A stretch of 64,000 bases of DNA from Anaerolinea sp. (GCA_020723805.1 DYID01000006.1:74694-138693); one strand, 5' to 3'. Counted from the stretch's first letter, positions 10,284 through 19,278 are shown. A program made the numbers and translations. Notes: generated by a model not told the origin, from the letters alone.

Positions 10284-11510
10284 ATGAAAGTATTACTCGT
10301 AGGAGTGGGGGGAGTAGGGGAGGCAATTGCGGTGCTTGCCAAGCCGCAGCCCTGGCTGGAGCAGATGGTTTTGTGTGATTACAACAAGGCACGCGCTGAA
10401 GAGGTGCAGAAAAAACTGGGCGGCGATGTGAGCCGCTTCCCCGTCGAGTTTGTTGACGCGGGACAGCAGGAGATGGTCGAGGCGTTGGCGCGCAAGTATG
10501 GCGTGGACCTCATCATGAACGCTGTGGATCCCATCTTCAACGAAAAAATCTTCGACGCCGCTTACAACGTCGGCGCGACCTACATGGACATGGCGATGAC
10601 CCTCTCCAAGCCGCACCCGACCGATCCCTTCCGCAAACCGGGCGTTAAACTGGGCGATTATCAATTCGCCAAATCGGCTGATTGGGAAAAGAAGGGACTG
10701 CTGGCGCTGGTGGGCATCGGCGTGGAACCCGGCATGGTGGACGTGTTTGCCCGTTACGCGCAGGATCACCTTTTTGACGAAATCGAGGAGATGGGCGTGC
10801 GCGATGGCGCCAACCTGGAAATTGAGGGCTACGAATTCGCTCCCAACTTTTCGATTTGGACGACCATCGAAGAGTGCCTCAACCCGCCTGTAATTTGGGA
10901 AAAGGACAAGGGCTGGTACACCACCGAGCCGTTCTCTGAGCCTGAAGTGTTCGAATTCCCCGAAGGGATTGGCAAGATCGAAGTGGTCAACGTGGAGCAT
11001 GAGGAAGTGCTGCTCATGCCGCGCTGGATCAACACCAAACGCGTCACCTTCAAATACGGCTTGGGCGAGAAGTTCATCAACGTGCTGAAAACGCTCAAGA
11101 TGCTGGGCTTGGACAATAAGGAGAAAATCAACGTCAAGGGCGTGATGGTTGCGCCGCGCGACGTGGTCGCTGCCTGCCTGCCCGACCCCGCCCACCTCGG
11201 CGACAAGATGAAGGGCAAGACCTGTGCGGGATTGTGGGTGAGGGGAAAGAAAGACGGAAAGATGAAAGAGGTGTATTTGTATCAGGTCACAGACAACGAG
11301 GAATCCATGAAGCGCTGGGGATGTCAGGCGGTTGTCTCGCAGACGGCGTTCAGCGCAGTCATTGCGATGGAACTGCTGGAGCAGGGTGTGTGGAAAGGGA
11401 GCGGTGTGCTGGGTCCCGAAGCCTTTCCGTCCGAGCCGTTCATGGAGCGGATGGAAAAGTATGGCTTCCCATATGGCGTCAGAGAGATGACAAAGGAAGC
11501 CGCTGTTTGA
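10284..11510 (+). CDS. Saccharopine dehydrogenase family oxidoreductase (carboxyspermidine-dehydrogenase-like)
   Basis: GxGGVG Rossmann motif, YMDMA, GVEPG, EHEEV and VAPRDVV. Confidence 0.8.
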   Translation: MKVLLVGVGGVGEAIAVLAKPQPWLEQMVLCDYNKARAEEVQKKLGGDVSRFPVEFVDAGQQEMVEALARKYGVDLIMNAVDPIFNEKIFDAAYNVGATYMDMAMTLSKPHPTDPFRKPGVKLGDYQFAKSADWEKKGLLALVGIGVEPGMVDVFARYAQDHLFDEIEEMGVRDGANLEIEGYEFAPNFSIWTTIEECLNPPVIWEKDKGWYTTEPFSEPEVFEFPEGIGKIEVVNVEHEEVLLMPRWINTKRVTFKYGLGEKFINVLKTLKMLGLDNKEKINVKGVMVAPRDVVAACLPDPAHLGDKMKGKTCAGLWVRGKKDGKMKEVYLYQVTDNEESMKRWGCQAVVSQTAFSAVIAMELLEQGVWKGSGVLGPEAFPSEPFMERMEKYGFPYGVREMTKEAAV

Positions 11511-11525
11511 ACATTACACTTTGGC

Positions 11526-11550
11526 GTAGCGGACGTTCTCTAGCGTCCGC
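11526..11550. repeat. GTAG-family REP-like hairpin
   Basis: GTA-GCGGACG-TTCTCTAG-CGTCCGC; a related stem GGCGGACGC/GCGTCCGCC occurs at 36751-36774. Confidence 0.6.
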
Positions 11551-11640
11551 ATAACATTACTGGGGTGATGGTCTCGTCTTGCACGGGGAGGAAAAGGTAT
11601 TTCGGACGGGATCAGGCATCGGGTCGGAAAGAAGCGAAGT

Positions 11641-11675
11641 GTAGGGACGCAGAATCTTTCGAGGTCTGCGTCCCC
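11641..11675. repeat. GTAG-family REP-like hairpin
   Basis: GTA-GGGACGCAGA...TCTGCGTCCC. Confidence 0.6.
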
Positions 11676-11700
11676 TTTTGTCTGTTTCGGCAAGGTCAGG

Positions 11701-11729
11701 TTGTGATTCCCTCATCCCGCCTGTATAAT
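11701..11729 (+). promoter_or_regulatory. Sigma70-type promoter upstream of AOR1
   Basis: TTGTGA-17 nt-TATAAT, followed by a GGAGGAGG RBS before ATG 11761. Confidence 0.6.
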
Positions 11730-11760
11730 TGAAAAAACTCGATACTTGGAGGAGGTCGCC

Positions 11761-13662
11761 ATGCCATACGGTTACAATGGCAAAATTCTGCATGTGGATT
11801 TGACGAAGGGTGAATTGACGGTGGAGGAGCCGCCCGAGTCGTTCTATCGCAAGTATTTGGGCGGGAGCGCGATGGGTATGCATTACATCCTGCGCGACAT
11901 GCCCAAAGGCGCCGACCCGCTGGGACCTGAAAATGTGCTGACGCTGTTTACAGGCGTGACGACGGGCGCGCCGATCTCGGGTCAGAGCCGCCTGAACGCC
12001 AACGCCAAATCGCCCATCAGCGGCGGCATCGGCGACTCGCAAAGCGGCGGGTTTTTCCCTGCCGAGTTGAAGTTCGCAGGCTTCGACGGTATTGTGATTA
12101 AAGGCAAGTCGCCCAAGCCTGTGTATCTGGCGATTGTGGATGGCAAAGCCGAACTGCGCGACGCCTCGCATTTGATGGGAAAGATCACGGGGGAGGTGGA
12201 CGATATCCTTCACAAGGAAGTGGATCCGAAAGCCGAAATCCTTCAGCATGGTCCCGCCGCCGAAAAGGGCGTGCTGTTCTCGTCGCTGGTGAGCATGTCC
12301 AATCGCCACAACGGACGCACGGGCATGGGCTTGGTGATGGCTTCCAAGAATCTCAAGGCGGTTGTCGTGCGCGGGACGAAGAAGGTGGAGGTCGCCGACC
12401 CCAAGGCGCTGACCGAATTGAACCGCATCGGTCCCAAAGCCATCCCCGAAAACGGCGACATGGACGGGCTGGCAAAGTTCGGCACGGCGGTTGTGGTGTT
12501 GTTCAACAATACAATCGGCTGTCTGCCGACCCGTAACTACAACGAAGGTCAGTTCGAGGGGTGTGAAGCCATCAGCGGCGAGAAGATGGCAGAGACCATC
12601 CTCAAGGAACGTGATACTTGCTACGCCTGCGTGGTCAAGTGCAAGCGCGTGGTTGAGGTCAAGGAAGGGGCGTACAAGGTGGACCCGCGCTATGGCGGTC
12701 CCGAATACGAAACGCTCGGCACGTTCGGCTCGTATTGCGGCGTGAGCGATTTAGCGGCGGTCTCGCTGGCGAATCAAATCTGCAACGAGTACGGCGTGGA
12801 TACCATCGCCTGCGGCGCGACGATTGCCTTTGCGATGGAGTGCTACGAAAAGGGCATCATCACTAAAGAGCAGACCGACGGCATCGAATTGAAATTCGGT
12901 GACGCCGACGCAATGCTGGCGGCGTTGAACAAAATCGTCAAAGGCGAGGGCGAGCTCGGCAAAACGCTCGGCATGGGGTCGGAACGCGCGGCGAAGAAGT
13001 GGGGCAACGGCGCGGACGAGTGCCTCATCACGGTCAAGGGTGCAGAAGCGCCCGCGCACATGCCTCAGGCGAAGCGTTCGCTCGGTCTCATCTATGCGGT
13101 CAATCCGTTCGGCGCGGATCACCAATCCAGCGAACACGACCCCTACTACGAAGAAGGCGTTGGAGACTTCAACCTAAACCGCCTCAAGCAAATCGGACTT
13201 GGTTCGCCTCAGCCCGCCTACAGCCTCACGGAGGAAAAAGTCCGCTTCGCTTACGAGACCGAGGTCTTCTACTCCATGCTCGACTCGCTCGAACTCTGTC
13301 AGTTTGTCTGGGGTCCCACGTGGACGCTCTACGACGGCGAACAGACCGCCGCCATGCTGCGCGCGGTCACAGGCTGGGATGTAACCCTCGACGAATTGAT
13401 GGAAGTCGGACGCCGCCGCCTGAACCTCTTCCGCGTGTTCAACGCCCGCGAGGGATTCGGGCGCAAGGACGACAAACTGCCGAAGAAGTTCTTCAAACAA
13501 TTGCAGGGGACGGGTCCCACTGCTGGCTTCGCGCTGACTCACGAAGAGATTGATTCCGCCATAGACGCCTACTACAAGATGGCAGGCTGGACCGCCGACG
13601 GCGTGCCGACCGCCGAGACGCTCAAGAAACACGGCGTCGAGTGGGCGGCGGAGTATCTCTAG
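11761..13662 (+). CDS. aor: Aldehyde:ferredoxin oxidoreductase family protein (W/Mo-bis-pterin, AOR1)
   Basis: GYNGKILHVDL, AKSP..GG, GLVMASKNLKA, CYACVVKC [4Fe-4S] motif, PEYETL, CNEYGVD, FNAREG, DKLPKKF. Confidence 0.88.
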   Translation: MPYGYNGKILHVDLTKGELTVEEPPESFYRKYLGGSAMGMHYILRDMPKGADPLGPENVLTLFTGVTTGAPISGQSRLNANAKSPISGGIGDSQSGGFFPAELKFAGFDGIVIKGKSPKPVYLAIVDGKAELRDASHLMGKITGEVDDILHKEVDPKAEILQHGPAAEKGVLFSSLVSMSNRHNGRTGMGLVMASKNLKAVVVRGTKKVEVADPKALTELNRIGPKAIPENGDMDGLAKFGTAVVVLFNNTIGCLPTRNYNEGQFEGCEAISGEKMAETILKERDTCYACVVKCKRVVEVKEGAYKVDPRYGGPEYETLGTFGSYCGVSDLAAVSLANQICNEYGVDTIACGATIAFAMECYEKGIITKEQTDGIELKFGDADAMLAALNKIVKGEGELGKTLGMGSERAAKKWGNGADECLITVKGAEAPAHMPQAKRSLGLIYAVNPFGADHQSSEHDPYYEEGVGDFNLNRLKQIGLGSPQPAYSLTEEKVRFAYETEVFYSMLDSLELCQFVWGPTWTLYDGEQTAAMLRAVTGWDVTLDELMEVGRRRLNLFRVFNAREGFGRKDDKLPKKFFKQLQGTGPTAGFALTHEEIDSAIDAYYKMAGWTADGVPTAETLKKHGVEWAAEYL

Positions 13663-13683
13663 TAATTGGTAAATGGTAATTGG
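13662..13683. repeat. TAATTGG heptamer arm (left arm of the filled element)
   Basis: gtaattggtaaatggtaattgg; 20 nt are identical to 3820-3839. Confidence 0.8.
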
Positions 13684-13737
13684 GGATGAGATGACGTGTC
13701 TCGTCCCCAATTTGTCAATCGCATTGGATGAATTCAA

Positions 13738-14535
13738 ATGAATCGACCCTCGATAGACTCCCCCTTTCGCTCGTTGATTGGAATGGGCGAAATACAGGCG
13801 GTATACAAACAGGGGATGGCATCGAAACTTTCCAATGCTTTCGGGAGCCTGCTTTTTTTGCTGGCGGGCGGTTACGTTCTTTATTACGGCTTGAACTACA
13901 AGAATGTTTATCCCGACGTGGCAGCGACGAACACACCGTTTATCGTTGGATTTGCCTTGATCTTGATCGGGGCGGGTGGATACTGGGCGTGGACTCTCTT
14001 TTCACGTTGGAATGAGGTGGCTGTTCTTTACCAAAATGGCTTTGCCCATTTCAACGGACGCGACGTGACGAGCTTCCAATGGAATGACATTACTTCCATC
14101 ACTGCGAAAGTCACCCGCATGACGGTGTATCATTTCATTCCTGCTGGCACGATGCGAAAATATATTTTCGAAAGCCCTTCGGCGCGCTTGAAATTGGACG
14201 GGACGCTTTCAGGCGTGGACGAATTGGTGAACCAAATTCGCCAGAATGTTTTTCCAATTATGGTAAACCGCCTGTCACAGGAATTGAACGCTGGCAAGAC
14301 ACTCTCGTTTGGACCAATTTCAATCAGCAGAACCGAAGGCATTCGATCGAAAAATAAAAAATATGCCTGGGCGGATGTGGCGGGGCTGAGAGTGGTCAAC
14401 GGCATTCTGGAAGTCGTTCCAAAGAAGAAAGGATTGTTTGGCAGAATTAGTTCCGACATCGGTTTCATTCCCAATCTCGACATTCTTATTGCGCTCTCGA
14501 CAGACATGATCCGACAACACAATCAAAATTCATGA
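13738..14535 (+). CDS. Hypothetical membrane protein (two N-terminal TM helices plus a PH-like soluble domain; possibly DUF6585-like)
   Basis: 265-codon ORF that is AT-richer than its neighbours and has no recognisable catalytic motif. Confidence 0.6.
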   Translation: MNRPSIDSPFRSLIGMGEIQAVYKQGMASKLSNAFGSLLFLLAGGYVLYYGLNYKNVYPDVAATNTPFIVGFALILIGAGGYWAWTLFSRWNEVAVLYQNGFAHFNGRDVTSFQWNDITSITAKVTRMTVYHFIPAGTMRKYIFESPSARLKLDGTLSGVDELVNQIRQNVFPIMVNRLSQELNAGKTLSFGPISISRTEGIRSKNKKYAWADVAGLRVVNGILEVVPKKKGLFGRISSDIGFIPNLDILIALSTDMIRQHNQNS

Positions 14536-14541
14536 GTCTTG

Positions 14542-14568
14542 AATTACCAATTACCAATTACCAATTAC
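14542..14568. repeat. CCAATTA heptamer arm (right arm of the filled element)
   Basis: aattaccaattaccaattaccaattac; its reverse complement matches 13662-13683 at 21/22. Confidence 0.8.
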
Positions 14569-14586
14569 TTCCCAAGAAAGAACCCC

Positions 14587-15870
14587 ATGACCAACTCCCT
14601 CTACACCGAAAACTTCCCCCACATGACTCCCGCGTGGAGCCGCATCTTCAACTTCGTCGCCGACCGCGCCGAAGGCTCCTACATCTACACCGACGACGGA
14701 CGCAAACTGCTCGACTTCACCTGCGGCATCGGCGTGACGAACACGGGTCACTGTCACCCGAAAGTCGTCGAAGCGATTCGCGAGCAGGCGGGGAACTTTA
14801 TCCACGCGCAGGCGAATCTCGTCATCCACAAGCCGATGCTGCAACTCATCGAAGAACTGCGCAAGATCGTCCCGCCTTCGATTGACAGTTTCTTCTTCGC
14901 CAACTCAGGCGCGGAGGCGCTGGAAAACGCGGTCAAGATTGCGAAGGTGGCGACGGGACGCCCGAACGTCATCGTCTTCAGCGGCTCGTTCCACGGGCGG
15001 ACTCATGCCACCATGGCGCTGACCACGTCCAAGACGATTTACCGCGCGGGCTTTGCGCCGCTCATGGCGGGCGTGTACGTCGCGCCGTTCCCCTATGCCT
15101 TCCAACTCAAAATGACGGAAGAGGAAGCCAGCCAATACGCGCTGGAGCAGTTGGAGCATCTGCTCGCCTCGCAGACCGCGCCGAAGGAAACCGCCGCCAT
15201 CATCCTTGAAACCGTTTTGGGGGAAGGCGGCTACATCGTCCCGCCCGCCTCGTTCATGAAGGGTCTGCGCGAGATTTGCGACAAGCACGGTATCTTGCTG
15301 GTCCTCGACGAAGTCCAATCGGGCTTTGGTCGCACGGGCAAATGGTTCGCCTTCGAGCATTTCGGCATCGTGCCAGACATCATGACGGTTGCGAAAGGAA
15401 TCGCTTCGGGCATGCCGCTCTCAGGCGTGTTCACCCGCACCGAAATCATGAAGAAACTCGACACAGGCTCCATCGGCGGGACGTATGGCGGGAACGCCGT
15501 CGCCTGCGCCGCGGGAGTCGCCACCATCCGCGCGATGCGGGAAGAGAAGATGCTCGAAAACGCCGCCGAGCGCGGCATCCAACTGATGACGGGACTCCGC
15601 AAATTGCAGGAGGAATATCCGCAAATTGGCGACGTGCGCGGACTGGGGCTGATGGTCGGCACCGAGTTTGTGGTGGATGGAAGCCAGGTAAAAGCCAAGC
15701 CGCTCGTCAAGGAAATCATCCACAAAGCGGAAGAGAAAGGCTTGCTCCTGCTTTCCTGCGGCACCTACGACAACACCGTCCGCTGGATCCCGCCGCTGAA
15801 TGTGACGAGCGGGCAGATCAATGATGGGCTGAATATTTTTAGCGAAGCGTTGAAGGAAACCATAAAATAA
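14587..15870 (+). CDS. gabT: 4-aminobutyrate aminotransferase-like class III aminotransferase
   Basis: DFTCGIGVTNTGH, NSGAEALENAVK, FHGRT, DEVQSGFGRTG, AKGIASG and GGTYGGN; start moved past the repeat to ATG 14587. Confidence 0.7.
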   Translation: MTNSLYTENFPHMTPAWSRIFNFVADRAEGSYIYTDDGRKLLDFTCGIGVTNTGHCHPKVVEAIREQAGNFIHAQANLVIHKPMLQLIEELRKIVPPSIDSFFFANSGAEALENAVKIAKVATGRPNVIVFSGSFHGRTHATMALTTSKTIYRAGFAPLMAGVYVAPFPYAFQLKMTEEEASQYALEQLEHLLASQTAPKETAAIILETVLGEGGYIVPPASFMKGLREICDKHGILLVLDEVQSGFGRTGKWFAFEHFGIVPDIMTVAKGIASGMPLSGVFTRTEIMKKLDTGSIGGTYGGNAVACAAGVATIRAMREEKMLENAAERGIQLMTGLRKLQEEYPQIGDVRGLGLMVGTEFVVDGSQVKAKPLVKEIIHKAEEKGLLLLSCGTYDNTVRWIPPLNVTSGQINDGLNIFSEALKETIK

Positions 15871-15918
15871 TCAAAGGTCAAAAGTCAAAAGTCCGACGTT
15901 CGACCTTTGACTTTCGAC
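15871..15918. repeat. Heptamer-periodic inverted-repeat element (TCAAAAG type), empty form
   Basis: tcaaagg tcaaaag tcaaaag / gacctttgactttcgac; begins right after the stop codon. Confidence 0.8.
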
Positions 15919-15932
15919 AAATCATCATCATC

Positions 15933-17291
15933 ATGTCAAACACTCTCGATAGAAACAAACTCACCCAACTCCTCCAGCAAGAAGAACAACTCTTCCACAA
16001 AACCCATCCCAAATCCTACGAACTCTACCAGCGGGCGCGCAAGTCGCTGCATGGCGGCGTGCCGATGCTGTGGATGATCCGCTGGGCAGGTTCGTTTCCC
16101 GTCTTCGTCAAAGAGGCGAAAGGCGCGCGCTTCACCGACGTGGACGGCAACTCCTACATTGACTTCTGCCTCGGCGACACGGGCGCGATGACAGGTCACA
16201 GCCCCGACGCGACCATTGAAGCCATCAATGAGCAGATTCAAAAAGGCATCACGCTCATGCTCCCCTATGAGGATGTCATCTGGGTCGGCGAAGAACTCCA
16301 GCGCCGTTTCGGTCTGCCCTATTGGCAGTTCGCCCTCACCGCCACCGACGCCAACCGCTTCGCCCTGCGCATGGCGCGCCTCATCACGGGTCGTCCCAAA
16401 ATCCTCGTCTTCAACTACTGCTATCACGGCTCGGTGGACGAGACCTTCATCTCGCTCGACGAAGAAGGCACGCCCATTCCGCGCCCCAACAACATGGGTC
16501 CGCAAATTGACCCGCGCCTCACCAGCAAGGTCATCGAGTTCAACGACGTTGCCGCGCTCGAAACCGCCCTCTCCGCCCGCGATGTCGCCGCGGTCCTCGC
16601 TGAACCCGCCATGACCAACATCGGCATCATCCACCCCGAACCCGGCTACCACGACGCGCTGCGGGAATTGACTCGCAAGTACGGGACCTATCTCATCATT
16701 GACGAGACTCATACCATCTGCGCGGGTCCCGGCGGATACACCGCCTCATTCGGACTTCAGCCTGATTTCCTGACCATCGGCAAGCCCCTCGCTGGAGGCG
16801 TCCCCGCCGCGGTCTATGGCTTCACCGAAGAAGTGAGCCGCGCCTTCGCCGCCAAACTCGCCATCAACGACGCCGACGTGGGCGGCATCGGCGGGACTCT
16901 GGCGGGCAACGCCCTCTCGGTCGCCGCGATGAAAGCCACCTTGCAAAACGTCCTGACCGAGGACTTTTACAAAAAAGCCATCGCCTTGCAGGAAAAATTC
17001 ACCGCAGGCGTGGAGGGCGTCATCAAGGAATTCAACCTGCCGTGGATTGTCAAACGTCTCGGCAACCGCTCCGAATACTGGTTCCGTCCCACGCCTCCGC
17101 GCAACGGTGGGGAAGCGCACGCCGCCGTGGACCCCGAACTCGACCGCTACATGCACCTCTTCGCCCTCAACCGCGGCATCCTCATGACCCCCTTCCACAA
17201 CATGGCGCTCATCTCCGCCGACACCACCGAAGCGGACGTGGATTACCACACGAAGGTGTTCCGCGAGGCGGTGGCGAGTTTGTTTGGATAG
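15933..17291 (+). CDS. Class III aminotransferase, glutamate-1-semialdehyde aminomutase-like subgroup, substrate unknown
   Basis: DVDGNSYIDFCLGD, YHG, IDETHT, PLP lysine in GKPLAGG, GGTLAGN. Confidence 0.75.
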   Translation: MSNTLDRNKLTQLLQQEEQLFHKTHPKSYELYQRARKSLHGGVPMLWMIRWAGSFPVFVKEAKGARFTDVDGNSYIDFCLGDTGAMTGHSPDATIEAINEQIQKGITLMLPYEDVIWVGEELQRRFGLPYWQFALTATDANRFALRMARLITGRPKILVFNYCYHGSVDETFISLDEEGTPIPRPNNMGPQIDPRLTSKVIEFNDVAALETALSARDVAAVLAEPAMTNIGIIHPEPGYHDALRELTRKYGTYLIIDETHTICAGPGGYTASFGLQPDFLTIGKPLAGGVPAAVYGFTEEVSRAFAAKLAINDADVGGIGGTLAGNALSVAAMKATLQNVLTEDFYKKAIALQEKFTAGVEGVIKEFNLPWIVKRLGNRSEYWFRPTPPRNGGEAHAAVDPELDRYMHLFALNRGILMTPFHNMALISADTTEADVDYHTKVFREAVASLFG

Positions 17292-17292
17292 A

Positions 17293-17359
17293 GTAGGTCG
17301 AAGGTCAAGAGTCGAAAGTCTACCTTGTGACCTTCGACCTTCGACCTTCGACTTTTGAC
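17293..17359. repeat. Heptamer-periodic inverted-repeat element (TCGAAGG type), empty form
   Basis: gtcgaaggtcaagagtcgaaagtc / gaccttcgaccttcgaccttcgacttttgac. Confidence 0.8.
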
Positions 17360-17375
17360 TCGTTTGGAGAGAAAC

Positions 17376-19103
17376 ATGACAGAACACACATCCCAAATCT
17401 GGCGCATCAACGCACGCACGCGTGAACTCAAGCGCGAACCCGTCCCCGCCTCCTGGCAGCGGCTTGGCGGGCGCGGACTCATCGCCCGCATCCTGCTCGA
17501 CGAAGTGGACGCGACGACCGCCCCCCTCGGCGCGGGGAACAAACTCATCTTCGCGCCCGGTCTGCTCGTCGGTCACATGCTCTCGTCCACCGACCGCATC
17601 TCCATCGGCGGCAAGTCTCCGCTCACGGGCGGAGTCAAGGAAGCCAACGCAGGCGGGCGGACTGGCTTGCACATGGCGACGATGGGCATCCACGCCCTCA
17701 TCATCGAAGACCAGCCTGCAGACGATTCGTTGTGGGTACTGCATCTCTCACTCAACGGCGCAAAATGGGAAAAAGCGGATGACTTGACAGGCTTGGGCGT
17801 GTACGCTTCCGCCGAAAAATTGCTCGCGCGTTACGGCGATAAAGTCGCCATCGCGCTTATCGGTCCCGGCGGCGAGATGCGGATGAAGTCGGCGGGCATC
17901 CAGAATCTCGACAAGGACAAAATCCCCTCGCGCATCGCGGCGCGCGGCGGACTCGGCGCGGTGATGGGCTCGAAGCGGATCAAAGCCATCGTGTTCGATA
18001 ATGCCGGTGGGCAGAAGCCGCCCATCGTGAGTCCCGAAGCGTTCAAGTCCGCGCAGAAGGATTACACCAAAGCGCTGATGGATCATCCGCAGACGAAAAC
18101 GTATCACGATTACGGCACCGCCGCGATGACGCAATTGACCCAGCGGTTTGCCGCGATCCCTGTCCGCAACTTTTCGCGCGGCACATTCGACGACGTGGAA
18201 AAGATCGGCGGGGAGGCGCTGCGCGAGTTTACGCTCACGCGCGGCAAACCATCCGATCCCTCGCACGCCTGCATGGCGGGATGCACCATCAAATGCTCGA
18301 ACGTGTTCGGCGGAGAGGATGGCAAGGTCATCGTTTCGCCGCTCGAATATGAAACCATCGGCTTGATGGGCTCGAACCTCGACATCAACTCGCTCGACAG
18401 CATCGGGCGGCTGAATTGGCAGGTCAACGACCTGGGACTCGACTCGATTGAAGTCGGCGCGGCGCTCGGCGTCGCGGCGGAGGCGGGCTTGATGAAGTGG
18501 GGGAGCGAAGGAGATGCACTGAGGCTGATCAATGAGATTCGTAACGGCACGGAACTGGGGCGCATCCTCGGCGACGGCGCGGTTGCCACAGGGAAGAAGT
18601 ACAACATCGAGCGCGTCCCCGCTGTGAAGGGACAGGCGATGTCCGCCTATGAACCGCGCTCCATCAAAGGCACGGGCGTGACCTATGCCACCACGCCGCA
18701 GGGCGCCGACCATACCTGCGGACTCACCATCCGCGCCCAAATCAACCACCTTGACCCGAACGTGCAAATCGAGGTCTCGCGCAACGCGCAGTTCAACATG
18801 GCGGGTTACGACACCCTCGGCGCGTGTATCTTCGCGGGCTTCGGCTACGCCGCGACTCCCGATGGTGTGGTGAAACGTCTGCTCGCGGCGCGCTACGGCT
18901 GGGACGACCTGCCCGACAACATCCTCCAGGAACTCGGCAAACAGACCATCAAAATGGAGCGCGAGTTCAACCGCCGCGCAGGGTTCACCGCCAAAGACGA
19001 CCGTCTCCCCGCATGGATGACGAAAGAGCCGCTGCCCGAAACCAACCACGTCTTCGACGTGAGCGAAGACGCGCTCGACCACATCTTCGATGGGATCGAA
19101 TAA
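17376..19103 (+). CDS. aor: Aldehyde:ferredoxin oxidoreductase family protein (AOR2)
   Basis: GGRGL, GKSPLTGGVKEANAGG, AARGGLGAVMGSKRIKA, HACMAGCTIKC, LEYET, DLGLDSI, FNRRAG. Confidence 0.88.
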   Translation: MTEHTSQIWRINARTRELKREPVPASWQRLGGRGLIARILLDEVDATTAPLGAGNKLIFAPGLLVGHMLSSTDRISIGGKSPLTGGVKEANAGGRTGLHMATMGIHALIIEDQPADDSLWVLHLSLNGAKWEKADDLTGLGVYASAEKLLARYGDKVAIALIGPGGEMRMKSAGIQNLDKDKIPSRIAARGGLGAVMGSKRIKAIVFDNAGGQKPPIVSPEAFKSAQKDYTKALMDHPQTKTYHDYGTAAMTQLTQRFAAIPVRNFSRGTFDDVEKIGGEALREFTLTRGKPSDPSHACMAGCTIKCSNVFGGEDGKVIVSPLEYETIGLMGSNLDINSLDSIGRLNWQVNDLGLDSIEVGAALGVAAEAGLMKWGSEGDALRLINEIRNGTELGRILGDGAVATGKKYNIERVPAVKGQAMSAYEPRSIKGTGVTYATTPQGADHTCGLTIRAQINHLDPNVQIEVSRNAQFNMAGYDTLGACIFAGFGYAATPDGVVKRLLAARYGWDDLPDNILQELGKQTIKMEREFNRRAGFTAKDDRLPAWMTKEPLPETNHVFDVSEDALDHIFDGIE

Positions 19104-19140
19104 AAAAAGACATCCGAAGTCTGCACGACTTCGGATGTCT
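19102..19140 (-). terminator. Hairpin between convergent AOR2 and tRNA-Thr (U-tract on the minus strand)
   Basis: 14-bp stem AGACATCCGAAGTC/GACTTCGGATGTCT preceded by an A7 run. Confidence 0.7.
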
Positions 19141-19149
19141 CGTAACTTG

Positions 19150-19222
19150 AGCCACCGATGGGATTTGAACCCATGACCTGACGATTACGAATCGTCTGCA
19201 CTGCCAGCTGTGCTACGGTGGC
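19150..19222 (-). tRNA. tRNA-Thr(CGT)
   Basis: Acceptor stem GCCACCG/CGGTGGC, anticodon arm GACGA-TT-CGT-AA-TCGTC, GGTTCAAATCC T-arm; CCA not encoded. Confidence 0.95.
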
Positions 19223-19224
19223 AT

Positions 19225-19278
19225 GTAACGCAAAATTTATTTTGCGCGCATTACATCGCAAATTGAAATTTGCGCTAC
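19225..19278. repeat. Pair of REP-like palindromes
   Basis: CGCAAAAT-TT-ATTTTGCG, and (minus strand) GTAGCGCAAATTTCAATTTGCG. Confidence 0.55.

Noticed and set aside
14539-14586. ORF-track N-terminal extensions such as MNYQLPITNY (also at 1905, 17355, 19270)
   Set aside because: They are translations of intergenic repeats or upstream spacer; downstream ATGs match the family N-termini.
15933-17291. hemL annotation
   Set aside because: There is no tetrapyrrole context and the similarity is only at subfamily level, so the gene symbol was left blank.
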